A stretch of 63,995 bases of DNA, counting the filler, from Caldilineae bacterium (GTDB lineage Bacteria > Chloroflexota > Anaerolineae > DTLA01): the NCBI GenBank assembly GCA_037446815.1. It is 3 parts of 3 records of this genome, joined end to end, with 100 filler letters (N's around TTAATTAATTAA, not from the genome) between each part and the next. Parts side by side here need not be neighbours in the genome. Positions count along the whole stretch, not along the records: positions 27,230 to 54,321 come from JBBIHX010000028.1; positions 54,422 to 63,995 come from JBBIHX010000113.1; 1 more part is not named here. One strand, 5' to 3'. Positions 46,255 through 58,031 of the stretch are shown here, in pieces (position 1 is the first letter of the stretch; every line of letters begins with the position of its first letter). The translations under genes were made by a program, and so were the position numbers. A model generated the notes under the pieces. That model saw nothing but the letters and a program-made list of their open reading frames with translations, was not told the origin of the DNA and did not search any database.

Positions 46255-47406
46255 CTAGCGCAACGGCTTGTCGTAGATGCGGTAGGTCTTGTACACCTTG
46301 CCGCCCATGAACTGGATGTCGCGGTTCATCATGAGGTTGCTCTCCAAAATCCACGACATCTCCGCATGGGCATAGCCGCGCGGCGCGGCGTTCATGGCCG
46401 TGTCGTAGTAGAACAGGGCCGAGATGCCCTTCATGCGATGCTGCTCCACCACGCCCATGGCGAACACGCGGCAGATGGTGAACTTCTTGAACGTCTTGTA
46501 CCACAGCAGGCGAACCAGGGCGGGAATCAGCCTGCCGCCGGTGCCCTTCAGCGCCTGATTGATGTCGGGCAGCGTGAGGGAGAACCCGACCGGCTCCCCG
46601 TCTATCTCGGCGATGAGGACCAGGTTGGGATCAATCACCATCTTCAGGTTTTCGGCCAGGTGGTCAAACTCCGCGTCGGTCATCGGGACGAAGCCCCAGT
46701 TCTTCTCCCACGCGGAGTTGTACACCTTCTTGATGCGCTCCACCTCGTTGTCAAAGTCCTTCAGGTTGATCTTGCGGACCACTATCCGCGATCGCGCCCG
46801 GACCTTCTCCACCACGCGCGCCAGTTTCTCGGAACGCACGACGCCGTCCTTGCTCACAACCTCGGCGGTGTCCAGCCAGTAGGCGTACAGGTCCTGCGCC
46901 TTGGCGAACCCCGCCCGCTCAATGAACTCGGCGTAGTAGGGCGGGTTGTACGTCATCAGGGCCACGGGACTGGAGTCAAACCCGTCCACCAGAAGCCCGC
47001 ACTCCTCGTTGGTGGAGAAGTTCATGGGCCCGCGCAGGACGTCCATGCCTCGCGCCCGCACCCAGTCGGCAGCGGCATTCAGGAGCGCCTCGGCCACCTC
47101 GTAGTCCCGCACGCACTCAAAGAAGCCAAAGAAGCCGGTCTTCTCGTTATGGAACTGGTTGTGGATGTGGTTGATGTGCGCGGTGATGGTGCCCACGGGT
47201 TCGTTGCCGCGCAGCGCCAGGAACAGTTCCACGTCGGCGTGCTCGTAGAAGGGGAACTTCTCGCGGTCAAACATGGCCTTGCGGTCCATGCGCAAGGGGG
47301 GAACCCAGTACGGATCGTTACGGTAGAGATGATAGGGAAAATCCACGAATTGCTTGAGTTGCTTGGGGGTACGGACAGGCTCCACACGCAGTTGCTGGCT
47401 AGACAT
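46255..47406 (-). CDS. YghO-like double-GNAT acyltransferase
   Basis: [66 protein letters not shown]. Confidence 0.82.
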   Translation of the reverse strand: MSSQQLRVEPVRTPKQLKQFVDFPYHLYRNDPYWVPPLRMDRKAMFDREKFPFYEHADVELFLALRGNEPVGTITAHINHIHNQFHNEKTGFFGFFECVRDYEVAEALLNAAADWVRARGMDVLRGPMNFSTNEECGLLVDGFDSSPVALMTYNPPYYAEFIERAGFAKAQDLYAYWLDTAEVVSKDGVVRSEKLARVVEKVRARSRIVVRKINLKDFDNEVERIKKVYNSAWEKNWGFVPMTDAEFDHLAENLKMVIDPNLVLIAEIDGEPVGFSLTLPDINQALKGTGGRLIPALVRLLWYKTFKKFTICRVFAMGVVEQHRMKGISALFYYDTAMNAAPRGYAHAEMSWILESNLMMNRDIQFMGGKVYKTYRIYDKPLR

Positions 47407-47692
47407 CGGTTGCCTCCTGACGGTGAGATTCGCTCGTGGGCGGGTCGCCGGGCCTGCGCCGACGGCCTGCGCGAGCGGTGCCCGAGGGCGGCCGCCACGG
47501 TGCCCAACGCCTATTGTAGCACCGCGCACCCGCCGGGCCAAACGGCCCCGCAACGCGGCAAATGGCCAATCTGCTCCACACCCTCAGCGCGGCGGCCTTA
47601 GCCCCGCGCGACCATGCGCCAATTTGCCGCGCACCCGCGTACAGCAAATGGCCGCCTACAAGAACAACACCACAGGCGGCGTGGGGCTTCGC

Positions 47693-48997
47693 CTAAACCC
47701 CGCCCGATTCCAAAATCTCGGCGGCGACCTTCTCCCCGTAGGCCACGGCGTAGTTCATCCCCCGATCCTCGGGGTAAATCTGCGCCATGCAGCAAAGCCA
47801 CAGGCCCGCTATCGGGGTGCGGAAGGGCGGGCGTATCTGCGAGTAGCGCAGTCCCACCACGGGCTGCGTGTACCGCTCCCGCCAGGCGTACAGCGCCTCC
47901 ACCCAGTCGGGCGAGAACTCCGGAAACACGGTGCGCAGGTACGGCAGATACGCCTGGAACAACTCCTCGGCCGTCATGGCGTAGTACGGGTCGTTGGCGT
48001 CCATGTACCGCGACACGTAGGCCAGGTGGTGCCCGCCGTACTCCTCGGGCCGCTGCATGTTGGTGTGCTCCACCACGGCAACGAATGGGATATTGGGGTC
48101 GTTGATGTTGAGCCAGTAGGTGGTGGACAGGCTCCGCTTGAGTTTCATGATGAGGCAAGCGTTGGCCAGGTACTTGATGCGGCCCAGGCGTTCGCGGTAG
48201 TCCTGGGGCAGGTCGGGAGCCATGCGGAGCAGGACTTCGGGCGCGGTGGTAACCAGCACCAGGTCAAAGTCCTCGCGGCGGCCGTTGGACACCACGCCTG
48301 TGGCCCGCCCGCCCTGAATCACGACCTGCTCCACCGGCGACGACAGGCGGATGTCCACGCCCAGATCGCGCAGCCGGGCCTCAAAGGCTTCCAGAGCGCG
48401 CCCGAACCCGCCCACCAGATACCCCAGATGCTCGGCCTGGCCCTTGCCGCGCGACCCGCCGCGCAGTTTCAGTTTGTTCCAGAACCATACGGCGGCCACC
48501 TCGTCGGCGTAGGCCCCGAATTTGTTGCGGAGCAGGGGATACCACACAACCTCGTACACGCGCCGCCCGCCCCACTTGATGAGCCAATCCTTGGCGGTGA
48601 TCTCCTCCAGTTTGCGCCAGTCCCTCACGAAGCGCGGGATGATGGCCAGCGAACCCAGCCGCAGCCTGTTGATGAGGCTCAGCGGCTTGAAGCGAATCAC
48701 ATCCATGGGCGTGGCGAGCCGAAAGATGCGGTTGACGTACCAGGTGCTGGTAACCGTGGGGTTCCAGACCAGATCGCCGCCCAGGCCCAAATCCTCTATG
48801 AGGCGCACCATCGTTCGGTCGCTGGTGAACAGGTGGTGGTAGAACTTCTCCAGGTACACGCCGTTGACGCGAAACGACCCGGCCAGCCCGCCGAGCGAAT
48901 CGTCGCGCTCGTACAGCGTGCACGAATGGCCGGCCTTTGCCAGCACGTGCGCGGCGCTCATGCCGGTGAGTCCGCCGCCGATGATTGCGATACGCAT
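47693..48997 (-). CDS. NAD(P)/FAD-dependent oxidoreductase (protoporphyrinogen/amine oxidase-like)
   Basis: IIGGGLTG, GGLAGSF, EKFYHH, YWLNIND, IYPEDRGMNY. Confidence 0.85.
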   Translation of the reverse strand: MRIAIIGGGLTGMSAAHVLAKAGHSCTLYERDDSLGGLAGSFRVNGVYLEKFYHHLFTSDRTMVRLIEDLGLGGDLVWNPTVTSTWYVNRIFRLATPMDVIRFKPLSLINRLRLGSLAIIPRFVRDWRKLEEITAKDWLIKWGGRRVYEVVWYPLLRNKFGAYADEVAAVWFWNKLKLRGGSRGKGQAEHLGYLVGGFGRALEAFEARLRDLGVDIRLSSPVEQVVIQGGRATGVVSNGRREDFDLVLVTTAPEVLLRMAPDLPQDYRERLGRIKYLANACLIMKLKRSLSTTYWLNINDPNIPFVAVVEHTNMQRPEEYGGHHLAYVSRYMDANDPYYAMTAEELFQAYLPYLRTVFPEFSPDWVEALYAWRERYTQPVVGLRYSQIRPPFRTPIAGLWLCCMAQIYPEDRGMNYAVAYGEKVAAEILESGGV

Positions 48998-49127
48998 AGG
49001 CTCACCTCGCTCCACATTGTTCACAGTCAGGCCCGCTGCCATATCTCGGAGTGGCACGCGAGGATTTTACCACAGATGGCGCCATTGCCGAAAATGCGGC
49101 GGGGTGGCGGCTACCCCACGGGTGCAA

Positions 49128-49283
49128 TCCACCGATGGCGCGGATTCGCACGGGCGGGGAAGGCGATGATAACCGCAGGAGGATTGTATCCGCGGATGAC
49201 ACGGATTGGGCGGATGGGGCAGAGTAGAGCAAATTGCCAATTTGCTCTACGAGATTCTTCGCGGCTTCGCCGCTCAGAATGAC
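49128..49283. repeat. Composite REP cluster
   Basis: GTAGAGCAAATTGCCAATTTGCTCTAC hairpin followed by GAGATTCTTCGCGGCTTCGCCGCTCAGAATGAC, identical to 103-136. Confidence 0.8.
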
Positions 49284-49360
49284 GGGCCGTCGACTGCTCC
49301 CGCGCCCTCACACTGGCGGCTGCCGACAGGCTCCGGCCCCAATCGCGGTCGCCGATTCCT

Positions 49361-49389
49361 TTGCCCGCGCCCCGAATTGATGTTATAAT
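49361..49389 (+). promoter_or_regulatory. Putative sigma70 promoter (extended -10)
   Basis: TTGCCC-17 nt-TATAAT with TG one base upstream of the -10. Confidence 0.65.
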
Positions 49390-49406
49390 CGCGCCACCGG
49401 AGACGA

Positions 49407-50899
<1,493 letters not shown>

Positions 50900-50990
50900 A
50901 AAGCGCATCCGAAGCCCCGCGCCATCGGCACCCGTGGCAGACGCGAGGGCGCAATCCTGACAAACGCCCGCTCTATCGGGAACCCGGAGG

Positions 50991-52232
50991 ATGAACATGC
51001 CCATGGATTTGGCGCAACTAGAGCAAATGGTAACGTGGCTGGACGAGGAACGGCGCAAGGACAAGGAGGAACTGGCCCGCTTGCGCCAGCGACTGGAGCA
51101 GCAACTGCTGGCCGCCGACGAGCACCTGCGGCGGTTCCAGGAACTGGACGCTCGCCTGTCCGCGTTGCAGACCCAGGTCGCCCGACTTGCGCGATTTGAG
51201 CAGTCGCTGGAGCAACTGCGCAAGGAACTCGTCGCGCTGGTGGAGCAGGCCGACCAGAAGTTCACCGCCGCCCAGCGGGAAGCCGAGCGCGCCCGCCTGC
51301 TGGAGCGCGAGGCGCAGACCCAGGCCCTCGCCGAATTGCGCAAGCAGTTGGAGTCCCTGCCCCAGGTGCAGGAGGCGCTGGAAGCCCGCAGCACCGAGGA
51401 GCAGCGCCTCAATCAGTTGATCCTGGAGCAGCGCCCGCTGATTCTCGCGCTGCGGGATCGCCTGGACGAGCAGATTCACGCCACCCGCGTCATGGAAGAA
51501 CAGCGCGCCCATGATACCAAACGCATCGCCCAGGTGCAGGAGACGGCGACCGAACTCCTGCGCCGCACCGAAGCCCTCACGGCCAAAACCCAGGTGCTGG
51601 AGGACAGCCTGCGGAAGACCGAGCAGCAGGTGGCGACCATCCAGGCGACTCGCGACGACCTCCGCGCCGAACAACGCCAGTTCGTGGAGGAGCAACTCCT
51701 CGCCGACCAGCGGCGCAAGCGCCAGTTAGACGAATGGGCGCAGGAATTCGCCCAGCAGCAGAAGCGCATGGCCGACTTCTCGGCCACCATGCAACTGTAC
51801 AAGGACTTCTACGACAAGAACCGCCACGCGTTGGAAAGCCTGGAGAAACTCCAAACCCACCTGTCCCAGCGCCAGGCCGAACTTGCCGAGATGCAGCGCC
51901 TGTCCGAGGAGCGGCAGAAGAAGATCCTGCTGGAGTGGCGCGAGGAGAACGAAAAGCGGTGGAAGCAGGAGGCCCTGGCGACGGAATACGCCTGGAACCA
52001 GCAGCAGCGCCAGAATGAGGCGTTCGCCAAGCGATTGGACGCGCTGGAGGCAACCGCAGCAGACCTGGACGCGGAATTCACGCGGTCGTGGGACGAACTG
52101 ACCCGGACCGTCGGCGCGATGCTGGAATGCCTGCACAAGCGGCAGGCGGATTTGGACGAGATTCTCGCGGCCCGCAAGAAGAAGGCGGCCGCCGCGGCGA
52201 AGAAGGGGACGGAACCGCCCGCCGCGCCCTAG
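50991..52232 (+). CDS. Long coiled-coil protein of unknown function
   Basis: 413 aa, E/Q/R/L-rich heptad pattern throughout. GGAGG RBS. No catalytic motif seen. Confidence 0.8.
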   Translation: MNMPMDLAQLEQMVTWLDEERRKDKEELARLRQRLEQQLLAADEHLRRFQELDARLSALQTQVARLARFEQSLEQLRKELVALVEQADQKFTAAQREAERARLLEREAQTQALAELRKQLESLPQVQEALEARSTEEQRLNQLILEQRPLILALRDRLDEQIHATRVMEEQRAHDTKRIAQVQETATELLRRTEALTAKTQVLEDSLRKTEQQVATIQATRDDLRAEQRQFVEEQLLADQRRKRQLDEWAQEFAQQQKRMADFSATMQLYKDFYDKNRHALESLEKLQTHLSQRQAELAEMQRLSEERQKKILLEWREENEKRWKQEALATEYAWNQQQRQNEAFAKRLDALEATAADLDAEFTRSWDELTRTVGAMLECLHKRQADLDEILAARKKKAAAAAKKGTEPPAAP

Positions 52233-52289
52233 GGTTCGGATTGCTGAAGCGCGGGTTCAGCAGAAGGAGTTCCCACAGAGGAAAGGCAC

Positions 52290-54176
52290 ATGCACGTCAT
52301 CGGAACCGCCGGACACGTAGATCACGGCAAGTCCACGCTAGTCAAGGCGCTCACCGGAATAGACCCAGACCGCCTGAAGGAAGAGAAAGAGCGCGAGATG
52401 ACTATTGACCTGGGGTTCGCCTGGCTCACGCTCCCCAATGGCGAATCGGTCGGCATCGTGGACGTGCCCGGCCACAAGGACTTCATCAAGAACATGCTGG
52501 CGGGCGTCGGGGGGATAGACGCCGCCATCCTGGTCATCGCCGCCGATGAGGGCGTGATGCCCCAGACCCGCGAGCACCTGGACATCCTCAACCTCCTGCA
52601 GGTGCGCAATGGCATCGTCGCCCTCACCAAGAAGGATTTGGTGGATGACCCCGAGTGGCTGGACCTGGTGATGGCCGACGTGGCCGAGACGCTGGAGGGG
52701 ACGGTACTGGCGGGCGCGGACATTGTGCCGGTCTCGGCCCGCACGCGCGAGGGCATCCCGGAACTCCTCGCGGCGCTGGAGCGCATCTTGAGCGAGATTC
52801 CCCCGCGTCCGGACCGCGGGCGGCCTCGCCTTCCGGTGGACCGCGTGTTCAGCATCGCGGGGTTCGGCACCGTGGTAACCGGCACGCTAATAGACGGTTC
52901 GCTCCGCACGGGTCAGGAGGTGGAAATCCTGCCCCAGGGGCTGAAGGCGCGCATTCGCGGCCTCCAGACGCACAAGCAGAAGGTGGACATGGCCATGCCC
53001 GGCAGCCGCGTGGCGGTGAATCTGACCGGCGTGGACACCGACCAGGTTCAGCGCGGCAACGTGGTTGCGCTCCCGGGTTGGCTGCACCCGACGCTGCTGG
53101 CTGACGTGCGGCTGAAGAGCCTGGACGACGCCCCGCGCGCCCTGCGCCACGGCCAGGAGGTGGAGTTCTTCTGCGGCGCGGCGGAGGTCATGGCCAGGGT
53201 GCGGCTGCTGGAAGAAGATTCGCTCCTGCCGGGCCGAGAGGGGTGGGCGCAGGTATCGTTGAGCAGCCCGGTCGCCCTGGTGAAGGGAGACCGCTTCGTC
53301 ATCCGCCAGCCATCGCCCAGCCTCACCATCGGCGGCGGGGTCATCGTCAACCCGCACCCGGGCCGCAAGCACCGTCGGAAGCAGGCCACCGTCATCGCGC
53401 AACTGGAGACCGCCGCCCACGGCACGCCGGAGGAGATCGTCCTGCAGGCGCTGGAGTCGCCGCCGCCCCTGGAGATGGCCGACGTGCTGCGCAAGAGCGG
53501 CCTCGCCCGCGACATGCTCCGCCCGACGCTGGAGCGCCTGTTGGGCCAGGGAGAGATTATCGCCCTGGGCGACAAGGCCCTGGGCGATGCGACCTTCGTT
53601 ACCACGCCGGGCGCGTGGCAGGCCCTGGTACGCCAGGTGGCTGATTTGCTCCGGGCGTACCACGACCAGTATCCCGCCCGCGTGGGGATGCCGAAGGAAG
53701 AGGTGAAGAGCCGCCTGAAGTTGCCGCCGCGATTGTTCGCCGAGGTGATCCAGCGGGCCGCAGGCGAGGGCGCGGTCGCCGATGACGAGACCACCCTACG
53801 CCTGCCCTTGCACAAGCCCCACTTCCGCCCCGACGAGCAGGCGAAGGTGGACGCACTGCTGGCCGCCTTCCGCCGTTCCCCCTACGCCACGCCTTCGGTC
53901 GGCGAGTGCGAGCAGGCCGTCGGCGCCGAGGCGTTCAACGCGCTGGTGGAGCAGGGACGGCTGGTGAAGGTGAGCGCGGACGTGGTGTTCCTCGCCGAGA
54001 CGTACCAGGAGATGGTGGATCGCGTGGTGCGCTTCATCCAGGAGAACGGCTCCATCACCGTGGCGCAGGTGCGCGACATGTTCAACGCCAGCCGCAAGTA
54101 TGCCCTGGCGCTGATGGAGCACCTGGACCAGTGCAAGGTAACCCGCCGCGTGGGGGATGAGCGGGTGCTGCGGTGA
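52290..54176 (+). CDS. selB: Selenocysteine-specific elongation factor SelB
   Basis: [40 protein letters not shown]-terminal winged-helix [22 protein letters not shown]. Confidence 0.96.
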   Translation: MHVIGTAGHVDHGKSTLVKALTGIDPDRLKEEKEREMTIDLGFAWLTLPNGESVGIVDVPGHKDFIKNMLAGVGGIDAAILVIAADEGVMPQTREHLDILNLLQVRNGIVALTKKDLVDDPEWLDLVMADVAETLEGTVLAGADIVPVSARTREGIPELLAALERILSEIPPRPDRGRPRLPVDRVFSIAGFGTVVTGTLIDGSLRTGQEVEILPQGLKARIRGLQTHKQKVDMAMPGSRVAVNLTGVDTDQVQRGNVVALPGWLHPTLLADVRLKSLDDAPRALRHGQEVEFFCGAAEVMARVRLLEEDSLLPGREGWAQVSLSSPVALVKGDRFVIRQPSPSLTIGGGVIVNPHPGRKHRRKQATVIAQLETAAHGTPEEIVLQALESPPPLEMADVLRKSGLARDMLRPTLERLLGQGEIIALGDKALGDATFVTTPGAWQALVRQVADLLRAYHDQYPARVGMPKEEVKSRLKLPPRLFAEVIQRAAGEGAVADDETTLRLPLHKPHFRPDEQAKVDALLAAFRRSPYATPSVGECEQAVGAEAFNALVEQGRLVKVSADVVFLAETYQEMVDRVVRFIQENGSITVAQVRDMFNASRKYALALMEHLDQCKVTRRVGDERVLR

Positions 54177-54254
54177 GGGATGTTCGCCTGGGGCGCCAAC
54201 GTGTGCCGCGCCTTCGGTTGGGTCGCAGTCGGGGACTCGAGGCGGCGCCGCTTT

Positions 54255-54282
54255 GTAGGGGCGACCGGCCGGTCGCCCCTAC
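54255..54282. repeat. GTAG-type REP palindrome
   Basis: GTAGGGGCGACCGGCCGGTCGCCCCTAC is a perfect palindrome. Variant at ~45425. Confidence 0.85.
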
Positions 54283-54321
54283 ACTACGACACCGCCCCGA
54301 CTGCACCGAGCGCACGGCACT

Positions 54322-54421
54322 NNNNNNNNNNNNNNNNNNNNNNNNNNNNNNNNNNNNNNNNNNNNTTAATTAATTAANNNNNNNNNNNNNNNNNNNNNNN
54401 NNNNNNNNNNNNNNNNNNNNN
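54322..54421. other. Artificial contig linker
   Basis: N-run containing TTAATTAATTAA. Confidence 0.98.
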
Positions 54422-54431
54422 TGGGCAGATT

Positions 54432-54460
54432 TTGACAGGGAGGGGGAGTTGTGGTATAAA
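54432..54460 (+). promoter_or_regulatory. sigma70 promoter with extended -10
   Basis: TTGACA-17 nt-TATAAA, with TG at 54452-54453. Confidence 0.75.
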
Positions 54461-54465
54461 AGCAT

Positions 54466-54524
54466 TGTACCGTAATCTGATAACGTGTATCGTATTCCGA
54501 TACAACGTCTTGTACTCCGATAGG
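54466..54524. promoter_or_regulatory. Three tandem operator-like boxes with 20-bp period
   Basis: TGTACCGTAATCTGATAAC / TGTATCGTATTCCGATACA (perfect 7-5-7 palindrome) / CGTCTTGTACTCCGATAGG. Confidence 0.65.
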
Positions 54525-54599
54525 TCATATCAAGATTGACCAGCCCTGGCCAGCGGTGACCGGTCCAGTGTCGCACACACCCGACAAGGAGCGAGAACG

Positions 54600-55334
54600 A
54601 TGGCGTTGCTTAAGGTCCAAGGCCTCACCAAGTCCTTTGGGGGCCTTACGGCGATCCGGGATGTTGACCTGGAACTCCAACAAGGCGAGATTCTCGGACT
54701 CATCGGCCCCAACGGCTCCGGCAAGACGACCCTCCTCAATCTTATCACCGGCTTCCTCAAACCCACCAAGGGCACGGTTCACTACCTGGGAGAAGACATT
54801 ACCGGCCTTCCCCGATTCAAGATCGCGCAGAGAGGCATCGCGCGCACCTTTCAGTTGACCAAGTCGTTCCTGGACTTCACCGCCCTGGAGAACGTGATGG
54901 TGGGCCGCGCATACGGGCAGCAGCCCGCCAAGAACCTGGCGCAGGCGGCCGACGAGGCGCTGGAGATTCTGGAGCGCGTCGGGCTTCGCGACAAGGCGCA
55001 TGTGAAAGCCAGGAACCTGACCCTGATGCAGCGCAAGAGGCTGGAACTGGCCCGTGCATTGGCGACAAGACCGCGCCTTCTCCTGCTGGATGAGTTGATG
55101 TCGGGGCTGAACCCCGGCGAGACCGAAGAGGCCATGGCGCTGATTCGCCAGATTCGCGATTCCGAGATCACACTCATCGTTGTGGAGCACATCGTCAAGG
55201 CGATTGTGGGGCTGTCGGACCGCATCGCAGTCCTCAACATGGGCGAGAAGATTGCCGACGGCGCGCCCGCTGATGTGTGCGTGGATCCGCACGTCGTAGA
55301 ATGCTATCTGGGGAAGGCGATATGCTTGAAGTAG
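54600..55334 (+). CDS. LIV/HAAT-family ABC ATP-binding subunit (LivG-like)
   Basis: GPNGSGKTT, GIARTFQ, LLLDE, VEH. Confidence 0.92.
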   Translation: MALLKVQGLTKSFGGLTAIRDVDLELQQGEILGLIGPNGSGKTTLLNLITGFLKPTKGTVHYLGEDITGLPRFKIAQRGIARTFQLTKSFLDFTALENVMVGRAYGQQPAKNLAQAADEALEILERVGLRDKAHVKARNLTLMQRKRLELARALATRPRLLLLDELMSGLNPGETEEAMALIRQIRDSEITLIVVEHIVKAIVGLSDRIAVLNMGEKIADGAPADVCVDPHVVECYLGKAICLK

Positions 55335-56023
55335 TGGGAATTGACGCTGGATACAAGGATTTGCAGGCCCTCTGGGGAGTCTCGCTGCGGGTGAATGAGG
55401 GCGAACTGGTTGCCCTTGTTGGCCCCAACGGCGCGGGCAAGACGACGACGCTGAAGGTCATCAGCGGCCTCATCCGACCGACGGCAGGCAACGTGCTCCT
55501 GGACGGGCATTCGCTCATCAAAGAGCCGCCGCACAAGATTGTGGAACTGGGCGTCTCCCAGGTTTTGGAGGGCGGACGGGTCTTTACGGGCCTGACGGTG
55601 ATGGAGAACCTGGAACTGGGGGCGTTCAGCGCCAAGGCGCGGAAGGGTAGGGCGGAGAATCTGGAGCGCGTGTTTGCCCTGTTCCCGCGACTCAAGGAGC
55701 GGCAGCGCCAACGCGCCGGTACCCTCAGCGGGGGCGAGCGCCAGATGTTGGCCATCGGTCGGGCCTTGATGTCCAACCCGCGCATCCTTCTGCTGGATGA
55801 ACCCTCCTTCGGCCTGGCGCCGCTTCTGGTAGAGCAGATATTCCGCATGATCACGGAGATCAACAAGCAGGGCGTTGCCGTGCTCTTGGTGGAGCAGAAC
55901 GTGCGCGCCGCCCTGGAGCTGACCCAAAGGGCGTACGTGATTGAGAACGGTCGGGTGGTAGGTGAGGGAAGCGGGGAGGCTCTCCTGTCGTTTGAATCCA
56001 TTCGCAGCGCATATCTAGCGTAG
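55322..56023 (+). CDS. LIV/HAAT-family ABC ATP-binding subunit (LivF-like)
   Basis: GPNGAGKTT, LSGGERQMLAIGRALM, DEPSFGLAP, VEQN. Confidence 0.92.
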   Translation: MLEVVGIDAGYKDLQALWGVSLRVNEGELVALVGPNGAGKTTTLKVISGLIRPTAGNVLLDGHSLIKEPPHKIVELGVSQVLEGGRVFTGLTVMENLELGAFSAKARKGRAENLERVFALFPRLKERQRQRAGTLSGGERQMLAIGRALMSNPRILLLDEPSFGLAPLLVEQIFRMITEINKQGVAVLLVEQNVRAALELTQRAYVIENGRVVGEGSGEALLSFESIRSAYLA

Positions 56024-56042
56024 AAGGGAAAGCGAGGTCTCT

Positions 56043-56924
56043 ATGCTGTCGGCTGTGGCGCAGAACGTGGTCTTTGGGCTACTGGTTGGCGGCCTTTACG
56101 GGCTGGCGGCCGTTGGCCTCTCCCTGGTTTTCGGCGTTACCAAGTTCCTCAACGTGTCCCACGGCGAACTTCTGATGCTGGGCGGGTATGCCGCCTTCTG
56201 GATGTACACGCTGTTCCGTGTGGACCCCTTTTTCGGGCTTCCTCTTGTCGCAGTGCTTCTCGTGATCCTCGGGTTCATCCTGTACCGGCTGGTCTTCGTT
56301 CGCATGACGAAACTCAATGACGAGAGCAAGATTCGGAACACGATGCTGGTGGGGTTTGGGCTCGGAATCATCTTCCAGAACGTTGCGCTTCGCCTGTGGA
56401 GTGCTGACCAGAGGGGTATCACCACCACCTACTCGTCCCAAGTGCTGAAGTTCCTCGGCGTGCGGTTCCCCGTGGTGCGGGTGGCGAGCTTCCTCATCGC
56501 GCTGGTTGTCCTGGTCGCACTGCACCTGTTTCTCAAGCGAACCTATCTTGGGAAGGCGATACGGGCCACGGTGCAGGACTGGGAGGCGGCCGCGCTGCTG
56601 GGCATCGGCACCGAACGGGTCTATCTCATCTCCTTCGTCATGGGCGCGGGCCTGGCGGGGTTGGCGGGCGCGCTGGTGAGCGTGGGGTATTCCATTGAGC
56701 CGAGCATGGGGCTGGAGTGGACGCTCACGTCTCTCATCGTCATGGTGCTGGGCGGCCTTGGGAGTTTTGTGGGGACATTCGTGGCGGGGCTGCTGCTGGG
56801 GGTTACTCAGTCGCTTACGTTTCTCTGGCTGGGGGGCACCTATCGGGAGGTCGTTGCGCTGTTGTTGTTCCTTCTGGTCCTCGTTGTCCGACCGCAGGGC
56901 CTATTCGGTGTCAAGGAGGGCTAG
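56043..56924 (+). CDS. LIV/HAAT-family ABC permease (LivH-like)
   Basis: GLSLVFGV..LNVSHGE, GKAIRA, VLGGLGS, RPQGLFG. Confidence 0.92.
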   Translation: MLSAVAQNVVFGLLVGGLYGLAAVGLSLVFGVTKFLNVSHGELLMLGGYAAFWMYTLFRVDPFFGLPLVAVLLVILGFILYRLVFVRMTKLNDESKIRNTMLVGFGLGIIFQNVALRLWSADQRGITTTYSSQVLKFLGVRFPVVRVASFLIALVVLVALHLFLKRTYLGKAIRATVQDWEAAALLGIGTERVYLISFVMGAGLAGLAGALVSVGYSIEPSMGLEWTLTSLIVMVLGGLGSFVGTFVAGLLLGVTQSLTFLWLGGTYREVVALLLFLLVLVVRPQGLFGVKEG

Positions 56925-56927
56925 CCG

Positions 56928-57896
56928 GTGACTGGAAAGCGAGTTCTCTCTGTTGGCCTCATCCTTCTCGTCATCGCGGCGCTGGTTGCTCTGCCCATCT
57001 TCGTGAAGATGGAGAGCACGATCAACCTCGCGATTCTGGTTGCGCTTTACGTGTCTCTGGCTTCCAGTTGGAACATTCTGGGGGGCTACACGGGGCAGAC
57101 GAGCCTGGGGCATGCGGCGTTCTTCGGCATCGGGACGCTGGCCACGCGCATCCTGTGGTTGTCGGGATGGCCTCTGTTGGTCAGCATACTGGTTAGCGGC
57201 GTCATCGCCGTGGTGTTTGCCCTGATCATAGGGGCGCCGGCCTTCAAGTTGAGGGGGGCCTACTTCGCCATCGGGACCCTGGCCCTGGGGCAGGTTCTCT
57301 ACGTCATCGTTGGGGACCGATGGCCCATGATCACGTCCTTGCCGTCCGAGCGCCTTGCCACATACGACCTTGTGCCTCGGTACTACCTCTTCTTGGCCGT
57401 CGCGTTGCTGACGATTGGGGCGGCGTATCTGTTGGTGCATTCCAGGCTGGGGTTGGGACTGATGGCGGTGCGGGAGGAGGAAGACGCGGCGGAATCGCTG
57501 GGGGTGAGCGCGCTTCGGCACAAATTGCTGGCTTTGAGCGTAAGCGCCTTCTTTGCGGCGGCCACCGGCGGCGCGTTTGCCTACTATCACGTGGGGTACT
57601 ATCCGCAGTTGCCGTTTGGGCCCATCTGGAGTTTTGATTCGGTTACCATCGCGTACATCGGCGGGACAGGCACGATTATCGGGCCTATTGTGGGGGGCGT
57701 GTTCTACGTTCTGCTCAAGGAACTGCTCTCGCTGAAATTCGTTGAAATCCACCTGACCATATTCGGCGTGCTGTTCGTTTTGGTTGTCATGTTCCTGCCC
57801 GGAGGCTTGGTGGAGGTTTGGTCCAAGATTCGTGGGCTCTTGTCCCGAGTCTCACAGAAGCGGAAACCTACGCCAGTCGCGCAGCAGGGCAGTTGA
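56928..57896 (+). CDS. LIV/HAAT-family ABC permease (LivM-like)
   Basis: SWNILGGYTGQTSLGHAAFFG, YFAIGTLA, IGGTGTIIGP, LPGGL. Confidence 0.92.
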   Translation: MTGKRVLSVGLILLVIAALVALPIFVKMESTINLAILVALYVSLASSWNILGGYTGQTSLGHAAFFGIGTLATRILWLSGWPLLVSILVSGVIAVVFALIIGAPAFKLRGAYFAIGTLALGQVLYVIVGDRWPMITSLPSERLATYDLVPRYYLFLAVALLTIGAAYLLVHSRLGLGLMAVREEEDAAESLGVSALRHKLLALSVSAFFAAATGGAFAYYHVGYYPQLPFGPIWSFDSVTIAYIGGTGTIIGPIVGGVFYVLLKELLSLKFVEIHLTIFGVLFVLVVMFLPGGLVEVWSKIRGLLSRVSQKRKPTPVAQQGS

Positions 57897-58031
57897 GGAG
57901 GGCCTTGCTGTGGAAATCGGTGCGCATCTTTACACGAGGAGAGGAGGTTGCCTATGCGATGATTGCGTCAACCCCGAGAAGACCGACGAACAGCGATCTC
58001 AGTTTTGAACCATGCTAGAGGAGGAGTGGCG

